From a virus: a DNA stretch of 64,000 bases. The translations under genes and the position numbers were made by a program. The stretch lies in IMG/VR virus record IMGVR_UViG_3300014720_000002. One strand, given 5' to 3'. The stretch's first letter is position 1; the number at the start of each line of letters is the position of its first letter. The notes beneath the pieces were generated by a model, which worked only from the letters and a program-made list of their open reading frames with translations, did no database searches and was not told where the DNA came from. Below, piece after piece: positions 35,155 to 44,540 of the stretch.

Positions 35155-36290
35155 AAACTCCCCTTGAGAAATCCCTGTTCATCTTGGTCGCCCTGATCCT
35201 CTGCCTGGGCAGTGCTTGTCCTGAGCGCAAGCCAACTGGTCCAGCCGGCGCCACCCCGCCAGCGCAGACGGGCAAGCTACCGCAGGCCATCTCCCTGGCG
35301 GAGAGCAACGCGGCTGCCGCCCTGGTGGCGCTGGACAAGAAGTTCGCAGCACTGCAGGCCGAGTATGATGCGCTGAAGCAGAGCGCGGCCAAGGCATCGG
35401 CCCAGGTGGGATCGGCCAACATCGCCAACACCAACCAGCCACCCTCCCCGGCGACGCAGGTGGTGGACCGGGAGACCAAGCTGGCCATGACGAACCTGCC
35501 GCCCCAGGACGTGACCGAGGCGCTGGAGGCGGCCAAGCGGCGCATGGCGCTGTTGGAAGGCCGCACCGTGGAGGCCGAGGCGCTCTATAAGACGGCGCAG
35601 ACCGAGGCCGATCGGATGAAGGCGGAGCAGGCCAAGCTCAAGGCCGACACCGAGACAGCCCGGCAGGAGGCGGAAGCACAACGGCAGAAGGCCGCCGCCG
35701 CCCAGGCCGCGCTGGTGCAGGCGCAGAAGGAGCAGGCCGCCGAAGTGGAACGGAACCGGGCCGCCAACCAGGCGAAGCTGGATGACGCGGAACGCCGGGT
35801 GAAGGAGGCCCAGGACAAGGCTGCCGCCGAGCAGCACAAGTTCATCTTCCGCACGTTGCTGGGGGTGGGCATTGGTCTGTTCGTGGCCGGGGTGGTGATG
35901 ATCGCGCTCACCAACGGAGTAGCGTTGATGAAGGGCGGCCTGCTGTCCGCTGGTGGTGCGGTGGCGATTGGATTGGCCCAAGTCATCTCGAATCCTTGGT
36001 TCGACAAGGTGTTGACGGCCGCCATCGTGCTCGGTGTGTTTGCTTTCGTGGGATACCTCATCTGGGAGCGGAAGGAGGCGCAGGAGCGCAAGAAGGTGAA
36101 GGAGGAACTGCAGCAGACGCAGGAGGCCAGCGCCTTCATCGTCAAGGCCATCGACGACGAGGGCCTGGTGGTAAAGGACAACGCCAAGACGGCGTTTGGT
36201 CGGCATCTGTCCGGCGCGATGGACCGGAAACACAAGCAGGTCATTGCCAAGATCCGCAACGAGGTCGTGCCCGCCATCAAGATGTCATGA
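35151..36290 (+). CDS. Lipoprotein with long coiled coil and three C-terminal TM helices (spanin-like architecture)
   Basis: LILCLGSA-C lipobox; A/E/K/Q heptad-like region; three hydrophobic helices. Confidence 0.65.
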   Translation: MKTPLEKSLFILVALILCLGSACPERKPTGPAGATPPAQTGKLPQAISLAESNAAAALVALDKKFAALQAEYDALKQSAAKASAQVGSANIANTNQPPSPATQVVDRETKLAMTNLPPQDVTEALEAAKRRMALLEGRTVEAEALYKTAQTEADRMKAEQAKLKADTETARQEAEAQRQKAAAAQAALVQAQKEQAAEVERNRAANQAKLDDAERRVKEAQDKAAAEQHKFIFRTLLGVGIGLFVAGVVMIALTNGVALMKGGLLSAGGAVAIGLAQVISNPWFDKVLTAAIVLGVFAFVGYLIWERKEAQERKKVKEELQQTQEASAFIVKAIDDEGLVVKDNAKTAFGRHLSGAMDRKHKQVIAKIRNEVVPAIKMS

Positions 36291-36775
36291 GCAACACCAC
36301 CGAAAAATCCGACGAGGTGCGCAGCCTCAAGCGCGCGTTGATCGACCACATGGTCACGACGATGGTGGCCGGCATGATGTCGGGCTTCCTGTTCCTGATC
36401 TGGCATCTCTACTCCACGCTGGAGAAGCGGGTGAGCGAGACCGAGCGGGAGAACGCCGCCGCGCTGCTGGTGCTCAAGGAGTCGGCCATCAGCTACAAGG
36501 TCCGGCTGGACATGCTGGACCGGGAAATGGCTCGGCGGCAGGAGACCCCGGCCGCTGTGGCGGCAGCACCTGCGCCAGCGCCCAAACCGGAGCCATCCTT
36601 CTGGACTGCACCGCCAGCGCGCACCAACAACCCGCCGTCCTTTCAGCAGCAGGGCCAGCAACAGCAGTCCTACGCACCACCCATGCTCCGGCAGTCGCCG
36701 GTGGCGGATGTGGAGGCGGCGCGCGACGAACTCCGCAAGAAGATCAGCGACCTCAAACCCGGCAGCAAACCATGA
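36287..36775 (+). CDS. Single-pass membrane protein with coiled coil
   Basis: MVAGMMSGFLFLIW TM helix; P/Q-rich linker. Confidence 0.65.
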   Translation: MSNTTEKSDEVRSLKRALIDHMVTTMVAGMMSGFLFLIWHLYSTLEKRVSETERENAAALLVLKESAISYKVRLDMLDREMARRQETPAAVAAAPAPAPKPEPSFWTAPPARTNNPPSFQQQGQQQQSYAPPMLRQSPVADVEAARDELRKKISDLKPGSKP

Positions 36776-36951
36776 CCGTCCTGTTCTGCATCTATCTCGT
36801 CCTCGGCATCGCGTGGGCCATCTACGCTGGTCGCATGCAGTTCAAGAGTGGCCTGTCCAGTCGCATGGACCTGCAGTTCTGGCTGTGCATTAGTCTCAAT
36901 CTCGTGCTGTGGCCGCTGGGCGTGATCAGTGCATGGATGGCGCGGCGGTAG
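36772..36951 (+). CDS. Small two-TM membrane protein
   Basis: MTVLFCIYLVLGIAWAIY...FWLCISLNLVLWPLGVI. Confidence 0.65.
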   Translation: MTVLFCIYLVLGIAWAIYAGRMQFKSGLSSRMDLQFWLCISLNLVLWPLGVISAWMARR

Positions 36952-37014
36952 AGCGACTCGCCGGCCAGGTGCTTTGCGAATTGCGCGGCAACCGATGGTG
37001 CGTTACACACAGGC

Positions 37015-37686
37015 ATGCCCGAAACGACACCGGCAGCAAAGACGGGTTTGCTCGCAACTCTGCGGGGTAAGGCCGTCGCCTTCATTATCCGCTCCAAAGC
37101 CCTGGCCAGCCGGACCCTCCAGCGTGCCAAGGACTTGTCCCGCGGCGTCACCCGTGCACGCAGCGACCGATGGGACACCGTGAGGGACGCCTACCTGAAG
37201 TCGCACCCGTGGTGTGCCGCCTGCGGCTGCCGGGACGCCAAGGTGCTCAACGGCCACCACCGAAAACCTTTCCACCTCTTCCCGGATTTGGAACTCGACC
37301 CAACGAACTTCATCACGCTGTGTGAGACCAGCCGGCGCTGTCATCTGGATGTCGGACACGAGGGCAACTGGAAGGCATGGAACCCGGCGGTTGATGGCCA
37401 GGCCAAGCGCATGCTGCGGCTGCGTTCGCAGCGGGGCGAGATGGACGCCATGTCGGTGTGTCCGACACCGGGACGCAATGTGCGCACCAACGCGGCCCGG
37501 TTGGCTGAGTTGCTGGAGATGTGGCAGGCCTTGCCGCCGACCGGCCCTTCCCGCGCCAACCTGGTGAAGAGCGTGCTGCGACAGGATCCCGTGCTGCACG
37601 ACGCGCTCAAGCGCGAGATTGAACGGATTGAGTCGGCTGCAGGCTTGCCTCCCGCCCCACCTTCCGCTACGCTGCCGCCACAATGA
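37015..37686 (+). CDS. HNH endonuclease domain protein
   Basis: CAACG...GHHRKP...DPTNFITLC...CHLDVGH. Confidence 0.8.
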   Translation: MPETTPAAKTGLLATLRGKAVAFIIRSKALASRTLQRAKDLSRGVTRARSDRWDTVRDAYLKSHPWCAACGCRDAKVLNGHHRKPFHLFPDLELDPTNFITLCETSRRCHLDVGHEGNWKAWNPAVDGQAKRMLRLRSQRGEMDAMSVCPTPGRNVRTNAARLAELLEMWQALPPTGPSRANLVKSVLRQDPVLHDALKREIERIESAAGLPPAPPSATLPPQ

Positions 37687-37802
37687 CATACCGGACGAAC
37701 AGTATTTCGCCGGCTTTGTGTTTCATGCCCTGCACAGGAGCCCTTCAGCGGCACACCAAGCTGGTTTCTTCGTGCAAGCAAGGGGGCGCAGGGCGTTGAC
37801 GC

Positions 37803-38597
37803 ATGCCTTCCTGGTCCAAAGATCTCGGTAACTTCGGCCGGCTGTCCAATGCCGACCGCCTCATGCTGTCTCTGCGCATTGGTGGCGCGGTGGCGCCTTA
37901 CCTGAACTTCATCCCCTTCGCCACCACGACCCGGCTGGCCCGGGGACAGGGTGGCGAGGGTGCGCAGTTGGGAGCGTTCGAGGATGTGGGTCGTGGCGTG
38001 GGCGGCCTGGGCGGAATGGCCGCCGCCATCCAGGGTGGCAAGTCGGTGAAGAGCCGTGCGGCAGCCATCGCATTGCTGCTGGGTGGTGAGACGATGGGCG
38101 CGATGCTCGGCCATGCCGGCGGCAACGCCATTGGGCAGAGTGTCCTCAAGCAGTCGTCGGCCAACACGCTGGACCGCACGTTGCCGGTGCTCTCGCCCTA
38201 CGAGACAGAGCAGCGCAGCCTGACGCACCAGGGCTGGCGCGGCATTGGCACCGGGCTGCTGACGGATCTGGGCTACACGCTGGGCGGAATTGGTGGTGCA
38301 GGTGCCGGGGCGCTGGCGGGTGCGAATGCCCATGCGCTCACCACGGGCGACTGGCAGCCGGTCAGGTGGCTCACCCAGATGGCCCAGCGCAAGCATGTGC
38401 CGCTGCGCGAGCGTCCTCATCTGTCGGGCCGCCTCATGCTCACCATGCTGGGTGGCCTGGGGCTGGGCGGACTGGCTGGCGGAATGCTGGGCCACGACCT
38501 GGGCGAAAACGCCGGCGAAGCGCTGCTGCAGCCCCATCGCACGAACGCCAAAGAGCTTGCGCTTTACAAGCTGCGGAAATTTCTCGACAATCCCTGA
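37803..38597 (+). CDS. Glycine-zipper-rich hydrophobic protein
   Basis: Repeated GxxxG helices (GGIGGAGAGALAG, GGLGLGGLAGGMLG). Confidence 0.7.
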   Translation: MPSWSKDLGNFGRLSNADRLMLSLRIGGAVAPYLNFIPFATTTRLARGQGGEGAQLGAFEDVGRGVGGLGGMAAAIQGGKSVKSRAAAIALLLGGETMGAMLGHAGGNAIGQSVLKQSSANTLDRTLPVLSPYETEQRSLTHQGWRGIGTGLLTDLGYTLGGIGGAGAGALAGANAHALTTGDWQPVRWLTQMAQRKHVPLRERPHLSGRLMLTMLGGLGLGGLAGGMLGHDLGENAGEALLQPHRTNAKELALYKLRKFLDNP

Positions 38598-38599
38598 AC

Positions 38600-39109
38600 G
38601 TGAACACGGCCCCGAACGATTCTTTCAGCAAGGCACTTTCCGCAGTCCGTGCCGCCCGTGAACAGGTCGCCAAGCTCGCCTTCGTGCCGCTCCCGCCGGA
38701 TCAACCGGCCCCGCCGCAACAAGCCATGCCGATGGATCCCAGCATGGCCGGCGGTGGAATGGCACCTGGCATGATGCAAGGCGACCCGGCAGCAATGCCT
38801 CCGGGTGACCCGATGGCGGCTCAGGCCGGTGGTGTCCCGCCAGGCATGGCGCCCATGATGCCCCAGGGCGCACCACCGGCCGAACCGATGCCGCAGGAAG
38901 ATCTCGGCCCGGTGATCGAGCAGATCATGCAGGCCATGCAGGCGGTGGACGAAACGCTCCGCCAGTTCGCGCAGGAACATTCCCAGCTTGCCCAGCAGGT
39001 GGAGCAGTTGGGACAGCAGATGCAGCAGATTGTCCAGCAGCACGAGATGCTGATGGAGGCGATCAAGGAACCCTCTCCGATGGATGGCAGTGTGCAGCAG
39101 CCGATGTGA
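38600..39109 (+). CDS. P/M/G/Q-rich protein with C-terminal coiled coil
   Basis: GTG start; VAKLAF motif followed by low-complexity region. Confidence 0.65.
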   Translation: MNTAPNDSFSKALSAVRAAREQVAKLAFVPLPPDQPAPPQQAMPMDPSMAGGGMAPGMMQGDPAAMPPGDPMAAQAGGVPPGMAPMMPQGAPPAEPMPQEDLGPVIEQIMQAMQAVDETLRQFAQEHSQLAQQVEQLGQQMQQIVQQHEMLMEAIKEPSPMDGSVQQPM

Positions 39110-39486
39110 ACATGAACCCTACCCTTAAACTTGAACTGTCGTTGTGCCTGGTGAAGCAGGCCGACATGTCTGGCATGGGCGGGGCCGCCTCCGGCCTGTT
39201 GGGCTGGCCGGGCGCTGCGCTCTACGGCGGGTTGGCTTCCGACAAACATCCCGGACGTGACGCGGCGATGATGGCTGGTGGCAGCATGGCTGGAGGAACA
39301 GCGGGTGCCCTCGGTGCCTACCTTCTCTCGGCCCTGGCCGCGCGCAACCGGCCTGGTGCCTTGGGCGGTTCGTTGGTCGCGGCTCTGCTCGGTAGCACAG
39401 CGGGATCGGCTGCTGGCTCCGGTCTTACTGCCCGCCATCTCGCACAGGACAACACGCCGCACTGGCGCAAGGCCCTCGGACTCTAA
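39106..39486 (+). CDS. Glycine-zipper small protein
   Basis: VKQAD near the N-terminus; GxxxG repeats. Confidence 0.7.
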   Translation: MNMNPTLKLELSLCLVKQADMSGMGGAASGLLGWPGAALYGGLASDKHPGRDAAMMAGGSMAGGTAGALGAYLLSALAARNRPGALGGSLVAALLGSTAGSAAGSGLTARHLAQDNTPHWRKALGL

Positions 39487-39489
39487 CCC

Positions 39490-39717
39490 ATGCTCCGCCT
39501 CCGCCATCAAGACGGCAAGCTCACGGAAGTCCCCGCCGGGGTCTTCGTGGAGATTGTCGATCCGGGCACGCAGAAGTTGGGTGCCGCGCTCTTCTCACCC
39601 CGACCCGGCGAAGTCCTGCAGATCACGCCCGGCTCACCGGACGCGCGGCGCTACACCACCATGTTCCCTGGCGTCCAGTTTGCCGATGCGGTGATCCCCC
39701 GCTCCAGCCATGTCTGA
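39490..39717 (+). CDS. Hypothetical protein
   Basis: 75-aa ORF tiling with neighbours. Confidence 0.7.
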   Translation: MLRLRHQDGKLTEVPAGVFVEIVDPGTQKLGAALFSPRPGEVLQITPGSPDARRYTTMFPGVQFADAVIPRSSHV

Positions 39718-40225
39718 CCTGCGCACCATGTCCAAGGCCGTCGCCGCTGGCAACCGCGCCACCACCGCGGACGCGATGGCCATGCAGGTGCCGTTCTTCT
39801 TCCCTGGTCGGCTGGTGGATGGGCAGACGCTGGGCTGGCTGCGCATCGCACGGCGCGAGATGTGGCTGGCTGGCTTCCGCGTGGACGCCAAGCTGCCCGG
39901 CGGCACGTCACTGACCCGCGCTGGCTTCCAGTTGTGCCGGGGCGACCTGCAGGCGATCTCGGGCGCGAAGCTGACGCTGGCTGGTGTCGTTCCGTCGGGC
40001 GAGCTTCGCCTGAACCCTGACTTCCCCATGCCGGCGGAGTCGCTGTGGACGGTGAAGCTGCTGAACGAATCTGGCGATGCCGTTGACACGCTACCGGCTG
40101 ACCTTACGCTGACCTACTGGCTGCGCTACGCGCCTGGTCCGTCGGGCAGCCTCAACTGGACGCCTTACTCCCTGCAGTCCGGCATTGGCTTCTACCAGGT
40201 CGGTGATACCTTCGTCGTCGGCTAA
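39710..40225 (+). CDS. Hypothetical protein, probably tail-associated
   Basis: Directly upstream of tail fibre; beta-rich. Confidence 0.65.
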   Translation: MSDLRTMSKAVAAGNRATTADAMAMQVPFFFPGRLVDGQTLGWLRIARREMWLAGFRVDAKLPGGTSLTRAGFQLCRGDLQAISGAKLTLAGVVPSGELRLNPDFPMPAESLWTVKLLNESGDAVDTLPADLTLTYWLRYAPGPSGSLNWTPYSLQSGIGFYQVGDTFVVG

Positions 40226-40237
40226 CGCCTCACTACC

Positions 40238-42631
40238 ATGATCGTTCCTGTTTCAGAACTCCGCGCCCGGTTCGAGACGGCTGACCGGCCGAACCAGAAG
40301 GACTTCGTCGATCTCATTGACACGCTGCTCACCCAGGCGGCTGGCACCGTGACCCCGGAGATGCTTGCCGCCGGGGGCGCGCGGACGATGCTGATCAACA
40401 ACCCCAGCAATCAGACGCTCTGGGCGGCGCTCTCCCTGGCCACGCTCAAGTCGTCGTTTGTGGCGGTGGCGACCAACAGCGGGAACGATTACACCATCGA
40501 TGTGAATCCTGCGCCGGCGGCACATGCCGACCTGGAGGGTGTGCCGTTGATGGTGCGCATGCCGGCGAACAACACCGGCAACGTCCAGTTCCGCGCGCAC
40601 TCGTCGCTGGGGTTGAAGAAACTCTTGTCGAACACGGGGCAGGAGCTTGGGGCGGATGATCTCACGGCCAACCAGGTGATCCTGGTGACGTTCAACTCCG
40701 CGCTGGATTCTGGCAATGGTGGCGCCTATCAAGCCATCGGTGTGCTGGGTGTGGATTCGTCAACGCCGCCCAGCGGTTCTGCCGGCGGAGATTTATCCGG
40801 CAGCTACCCCAGTCCTTCCATCGGCGCTGGTAAAGTCGTGCTGGCTCATCTGGCCAATGACTCGGTCAACAAGGACAAGCTGTTGGCTGGCGGAACTGAG
40901 GCGGCTGGCAAGGTGCTGGGTCTGGTGGTAGGTGGCGGCGGGCTGGAACTTTCCTGGGTGGACGACCAGAACACCGGTGGTGGCGGCGGCTCGTCCGGCG
41001 GGGCGACCAACTATTTCAACCTGGTGACCACGCCCACGGTCTTGGCTTCAGGCACCACGACCTACCCAACCACTTACACGCAGATCGCTGGCTCCACGCT
41101 GGCTGCCGCCGGAGTTCCGGTGGGTGCGGCGTTTGCGCTGGTGGAGATCTACCTCAAGAACGGCGACTCAACTTTTGAACTCTGGGCGCAGTCAGCTTCG
41201 GGCGCCCCTGAACTGCTGCTGGCCCGCAACGTGTCCGATTACGGCAGTGCCGGTCCTCAGGGCATCAGCGTGCAGGCCATGATTCCGCTGCACTCTGACC
41301 GTTCGTTCTACTACAAGTTCATCTGGACCAACGCCGGCAGCGGTCAGACTCACAACTGGGCGGTCAAGCTCATCGGTTATTACTCACCGGGCATTGCGGC
41401 GGCCGGGACGCAGACGACGGTGTTCCTGAGCAGCCAGGTGGAACTGACGTCGGCTTTGGCGTCTGGCGAATCGACTTTCGACCTGCGCACGCCGGGTTAC
41501 GTGCCGGCGCTGGCTACCGCCGCCGTGCTCTGCATCAAGACGGACGGGGCAGCCAATGCCACAGTAGAAGGCCAGCCGTTCGGCGGCTCTGCTTGGTTGT
41601 TGCTGCACCACACTGGTCCGGACTACGCAGGCAATAGCAATATCTCCAGCGTGCAGGTCACAGTGCCGCTTTCGGCTGATGGCCGGATGAAGCTGAAGCG
41701 CACCCTGAACATTAACAGCAATACGACGCAGGTCCTCCTCCAAGGTTACCTCCTTCCCGGCACCACGGCGGCCCCCATCCAGAGCGGCACAGCTTCAGTC
41801 AACGCGGGGGGTCTGTATGCCAACAAGTCCGTCATTACGCACGGGCTCGGTTATGTGCCACCACATGTTCGGCTGGTGCTGCGCTGCATAACCGATGAGC
41901 TTGGCTATGTGGCCGGTGACGAGATCCCGCTTGAGAACGTGCTCTATCAGGCCACCACATTCAGGGCGTTCGACTGGCTGGTCACAGCCAATACCGTGGA
42001 GATCTGGCGAGTGGACAATGTCACCTACACGCCCGCTGTGCTGGGTAAAACGTCCAGCACACAAGCGCAGATCACGCTGGCAAAGTGGGAACTCAAAGCC
42101 TACTGGGCGCGCGTGGACGGAGTGATTCCCGGCAACCTGGCTGGCGTGGTCAAGCAGATGCTGCAGGCTGTCAAGACCACCTCGGAGGAGATGACCGCCA
42201 GCGACGGCACCTGGTCAGCCATCTCCGGCCTGAGCCAGACCATCACGTTGAACCGCGCCACCAACAAGGTGCGCGCCCAGGCGGTGGTGCACCTGGGCGG
42301 CGTCAACAACTACCAGAATCCGATCCGTCTGGTGCGGACAGTGGGCGGAACGCCGACGGTCATTGGCATCAACACGGACACGCTGGACGCCGGGCTGGCG
42401 GGCTGCAATGCCGGTGCCATCGCCAGCGCCTACAGCATCGAATACACGCTGCTGCCTACCGTGATCGATTTCATCGACACTCCCGGCGCAGTCGGGCCGG
42501 TCACCTATCACGTCGAGGTTCGGCGCGGGGTCAATGCGACCAAGATCAACAAGACCGATTACGACACCAATGCCGCCTATGGCCGTGGACGGACGGTGAG
42601 CGTGCTGACCCTGACGGAGGTGGCGGTTTGA
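40238..42631 (+). CDS. Tail fibre / receptor-binding protein
   Basis: RFETADRPNQKDFVDLID N-terminal motif, GDLSGSYPSP, G/T/S/A-rich beta domains, ends VSVLTLTEVAV. Confidence 0.75.
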   Translation: MIVPVSELRARFETADRPNQKDFVDLIDTLLTQAAGTVTPEMLAAGGARTMLINNPSNQTLWAALSLATLKSSFVAVATNSGNDYTIDVNPAPAAHADLEGVPLMVRMPANNTGNVQFRAHSSLGLKKLLSNTGQELGADDLTANQVILVTFNSALDSGNGGAYQAIGVLGVDSSTPPSGSAGGDLSGSYPSPSIGAGKVVLAHLANDSVNKDKLLAGGTEAAGKVLGLVVGGGGLELSWVDDQNTGGGGGSSGGATNYFNLVTTPTVLASGTTTYPTTYTQIAGSTLAAAGVPVGAAFALVEIYLKNGDSTFELWAQSASGAPELLLARNVSDYGSAGPQGISVQAMIPLHSDRSFYYKFIWTNAGSGQTHNWAVKLIGYYSPGIAAAGTQTTVFLSSQVELTSALASGESTFDLRTPGYVPALATAAVLCIKTDGAANATVEGQPFGGSAWLLLHHTGPDYAGNSNISSVQVTVPLSADGRMKLKRTLNINSNTTQVLLQGYLLPGTTAAPIQSGTASVNAGGLYANKSVITHGLGYVPPHVRLVLRCITDELGYVAGDEIPLENVLYQATTFRAFDWLVTANTVEIWRVDNVTYTPAVLGKTSSTQAQITLAKWELKAYWARVDGVIPGNLAGVVKQMLQAVKTTSEEMTASDGTWSAISGLSQTITLNRATNKVRAQAVVHLGGVNNYQNPIRLVRTVGGTPTVIGINTDTLDAGLAGCNAGAIASAYSIEYTLLPTVIDFIDTPGAVGPVTYHVEVRRGVNATKINKTDYDTNAAYGRGRTVSVLTLTEVAV

Positions 42632-42939
42632 GTCCGGTGTTCAAGGCATTGAGCCGGCTGCGTCCAGGGGCGCTGTTCCGTCTGGATGGCGACACGCTGA
42701 CCGGGGTCACATGGGAGACGCCGGGGGTGGTGCCGGTCACGCAGGATGAACTCGACAGCATGCTGGCCGTCATCCAGGAAGAACAGGCCGCGCTTGCCTA
42801 CCGCATCCAGCGCGCCGCCGAATACCCCACGGTCGGCGACCAGTTGGACGATCTCTACAAGCGCGGTGCCTTCTCGCCCGAGATGACCGCGCGCATCAAG
42901 GCGGTAAAGGACAAGTATCCCAAGCCTTCCTCGGTATGA
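42628..42939 (+). CDS. Tail-fibre partner/chaperone (XkdW-like)
   Basis: RAAEYPTVGDQLDDLY...IKAVKDKYPK; TTGA overlap with fibre gene. Confidence 0.7.
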   Translation: MSPVFKALSRLRPGALFRLDGDTLTGVTWETPGVVPVTQDELDSMLAVIQEEQAALAYRIQRAAEYPTVGDQLDDLYKRGAFSPEMTARIKAVKDKYPKPSSV

Positions 42940-43118
42940 GACGCTGGTGGCAAAACCTTGTCGGCTGGTGGACCTGGCGACAGGACCGCCAGCAGCGCTT
43001 GCTCAGCCTGCGCGCTATTCGGAGGACCAAAGCGCCCCATTTTCGACGAGCGCAGTGGCTGATCTACGACATCGTCCGCCTGCTGGAACAGCGCCCACGC
43101 AAGTTTCTCCCCGCCTGA
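42936..43118 (+). CDS. Small basic protein
   Basis: ATGA overlap, 60 aa. Confidence 0.5.
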   Translation: MRRWWQNLVGWWTWRQDRQQRLLSLRAIRRTKAPHFRRAQWLIYDIVRLLEQRPRKFLPA

Positions 43119-43262
43119 CTTAACGCAAAAGATTTTGCGTGAATCGGGCTTGACGCAAAGCCAGCTTCCGCTCAACTTCAACCCGTCGAATGGGTGCGGC
43201 CTCTCCGGCTGCGCCCCGCCAGGCTGAGAGTTGGATGGTTGATTGTTGGTTTGCTGAAAGTC

Positions 43263-44006
43263 ATGAAACCGTTGCGTATCGCCTTTGCCGGCGCGCTTTT
43301 CTCCGGCAAGGACTTCGTGGCATCACAGGTGTGTGAGAAGAAGATCGGGTTCGCTGATCCGATCTACGCGGTGAGCCGTCACTTCAATGGGACGGACGAC
43401 AAGCAGGTGCCGGGCATCCGGCGCTTCATGCAGTTGGTCGGTCAATGGGGCTGGGGCTTCGTCTCCGAGGACCCCGATTATCAACACTCCCCGGTGCGTG
43501 CGCTGCTGTCCTCGCAGATCGTGGCACTGGGCATGCGCGGTGTGTTCGGCGATGAGTTCACTGGCTGGGAGAAGTTTGGACACTCCAAGACCCTGTGGGT
43601 GGACATGCTGTGGAATCGGCTGCAGAAGATCGAGCAAAGCTGCGCCATCACCAATGTGCGCTTCCCGCACGAGGTGGAGTTCTGCCGTGAGCGCGGTATC
43701 CCGCTGGTCCTGGTGGAGTGCTCGTTGGAGACCAGGTTGGAGCGGCTGGCTGCCGCCGGCTCGAAGCTGACGGAGAAGGAACTGACGGACACGAGCGAGA
43801 AGCTTCCAGGTGAACTGCGCAAGACGTTGCCGGACCATCAGATCATCTGGAACGACCATCGTCCGATGCCGGAAGGTGGGCAGGGCCGACGCGGCTACCT
43901 GACGGTGGAAGAGTTTGGAGCGCATATCTACCGGAGCGAGATGGCGCGCGGTGACACGGCTCGCTCCGGAGCGCGGGTGGAAATCCACGACCCGCTGCAC
44001 GCCTGA
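43263..44006 (+). CDS. Deoxynucleoside monophosphate kinase (phage dNMP kinase-like)
   Basis: IAFAGALFSGKDF P-loop, GFADPIY, RRFMQLVG, ITNVRFPHE. Confidence 0.75.
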   Translation: MKPLRIAFAGALFSGKDFVASQVCEKKIGFADPIYAVSRHFNGTDDKQVPGIRRFMQLVGQWGWGFVSEDPDYQHSPVRALLSSQIVALGMRGVFGDEFTGWEKFGHSKTLWVDMLWNRLQKIEQSCAITNVRFPHEVEFCRERGIPLVLVECSLETRLERLAAAGSKLTEKELTDTSEKLPGELRKTLPDHQIIWNDHRPMPEGGQGRRGYLTVEEFGAHIYRSEMARGDTARSGARVEIHDPLHA

Positions 44007-44269
44007 TGATCCCAGCCCAAAAACTGACCCTGCAGTCGCATTGGGCTGGTGCGCCCATGCTCGGCGGCGAACCCCTGTGGGAGATCCGCACGATCATGGC
44101 GCTGGACTGGCCGAAGAACCTGTTGACATTTGCTTCCACTGTGCTGCCCGAGAACGCGGTCCTGGCGACCACGACGATCGGGGAGTTTGCCCGCTGGGCA
44201 CGGCGCGAGATCCCTCCTCAGGAGATCCCGGCTGCCGGCATCCGCGCCTATGGCGCTTCCCTGCGGTGA
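44006..44269 (+). CDS. Hypothetical protein
   Basis: TGATG overlap, 87 aa. Confidence 0.55.
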   Translation: MIPAQKLTLQSHWAGAPMLGGEPLWEIRTIMALDWPKNLLTFASTVLPENAVLATTTIGEFARWARREIPPQEIPAAGIRAYGASLR

Positions 44270-44278
44270 CTGAACTGT

Positions 44279-44489
44279 ATGAACCAATACCTCGAACTGC
44301 TTGACGACATCATGGCCGATGGCTTTACGCGCGTCGGCCGCAATGCGGATGGAGTTGCGTGTCGCCAACCAGTTGCTACGCAGCGCACACGAGATCAGCA
44401 CCCGCGAAGGTCGCGATACCGACTGGGTAGCGTTCAGGGCCAGGCTTGAGCCGACCTTGGTTGTGCAGAACACAATACTCAACGGCTGA
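44279..44489 (+). pseudogene. thyA: Thymidylate-synthase-like 5' fragment joined out of frame to the 3' end of another ORF
   Basis: MNQYLELLDDIMADGFTRVGRN resembles ThyA/td N-termini; similarity ends after ~22 codons. Confidence 0.45.
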
Positions 44490-44540
44490 CCCGCAACCTT
44501 GGCTTGTCTTGACGCCGGTGTTCAGGCACCTTCCCGGCAA

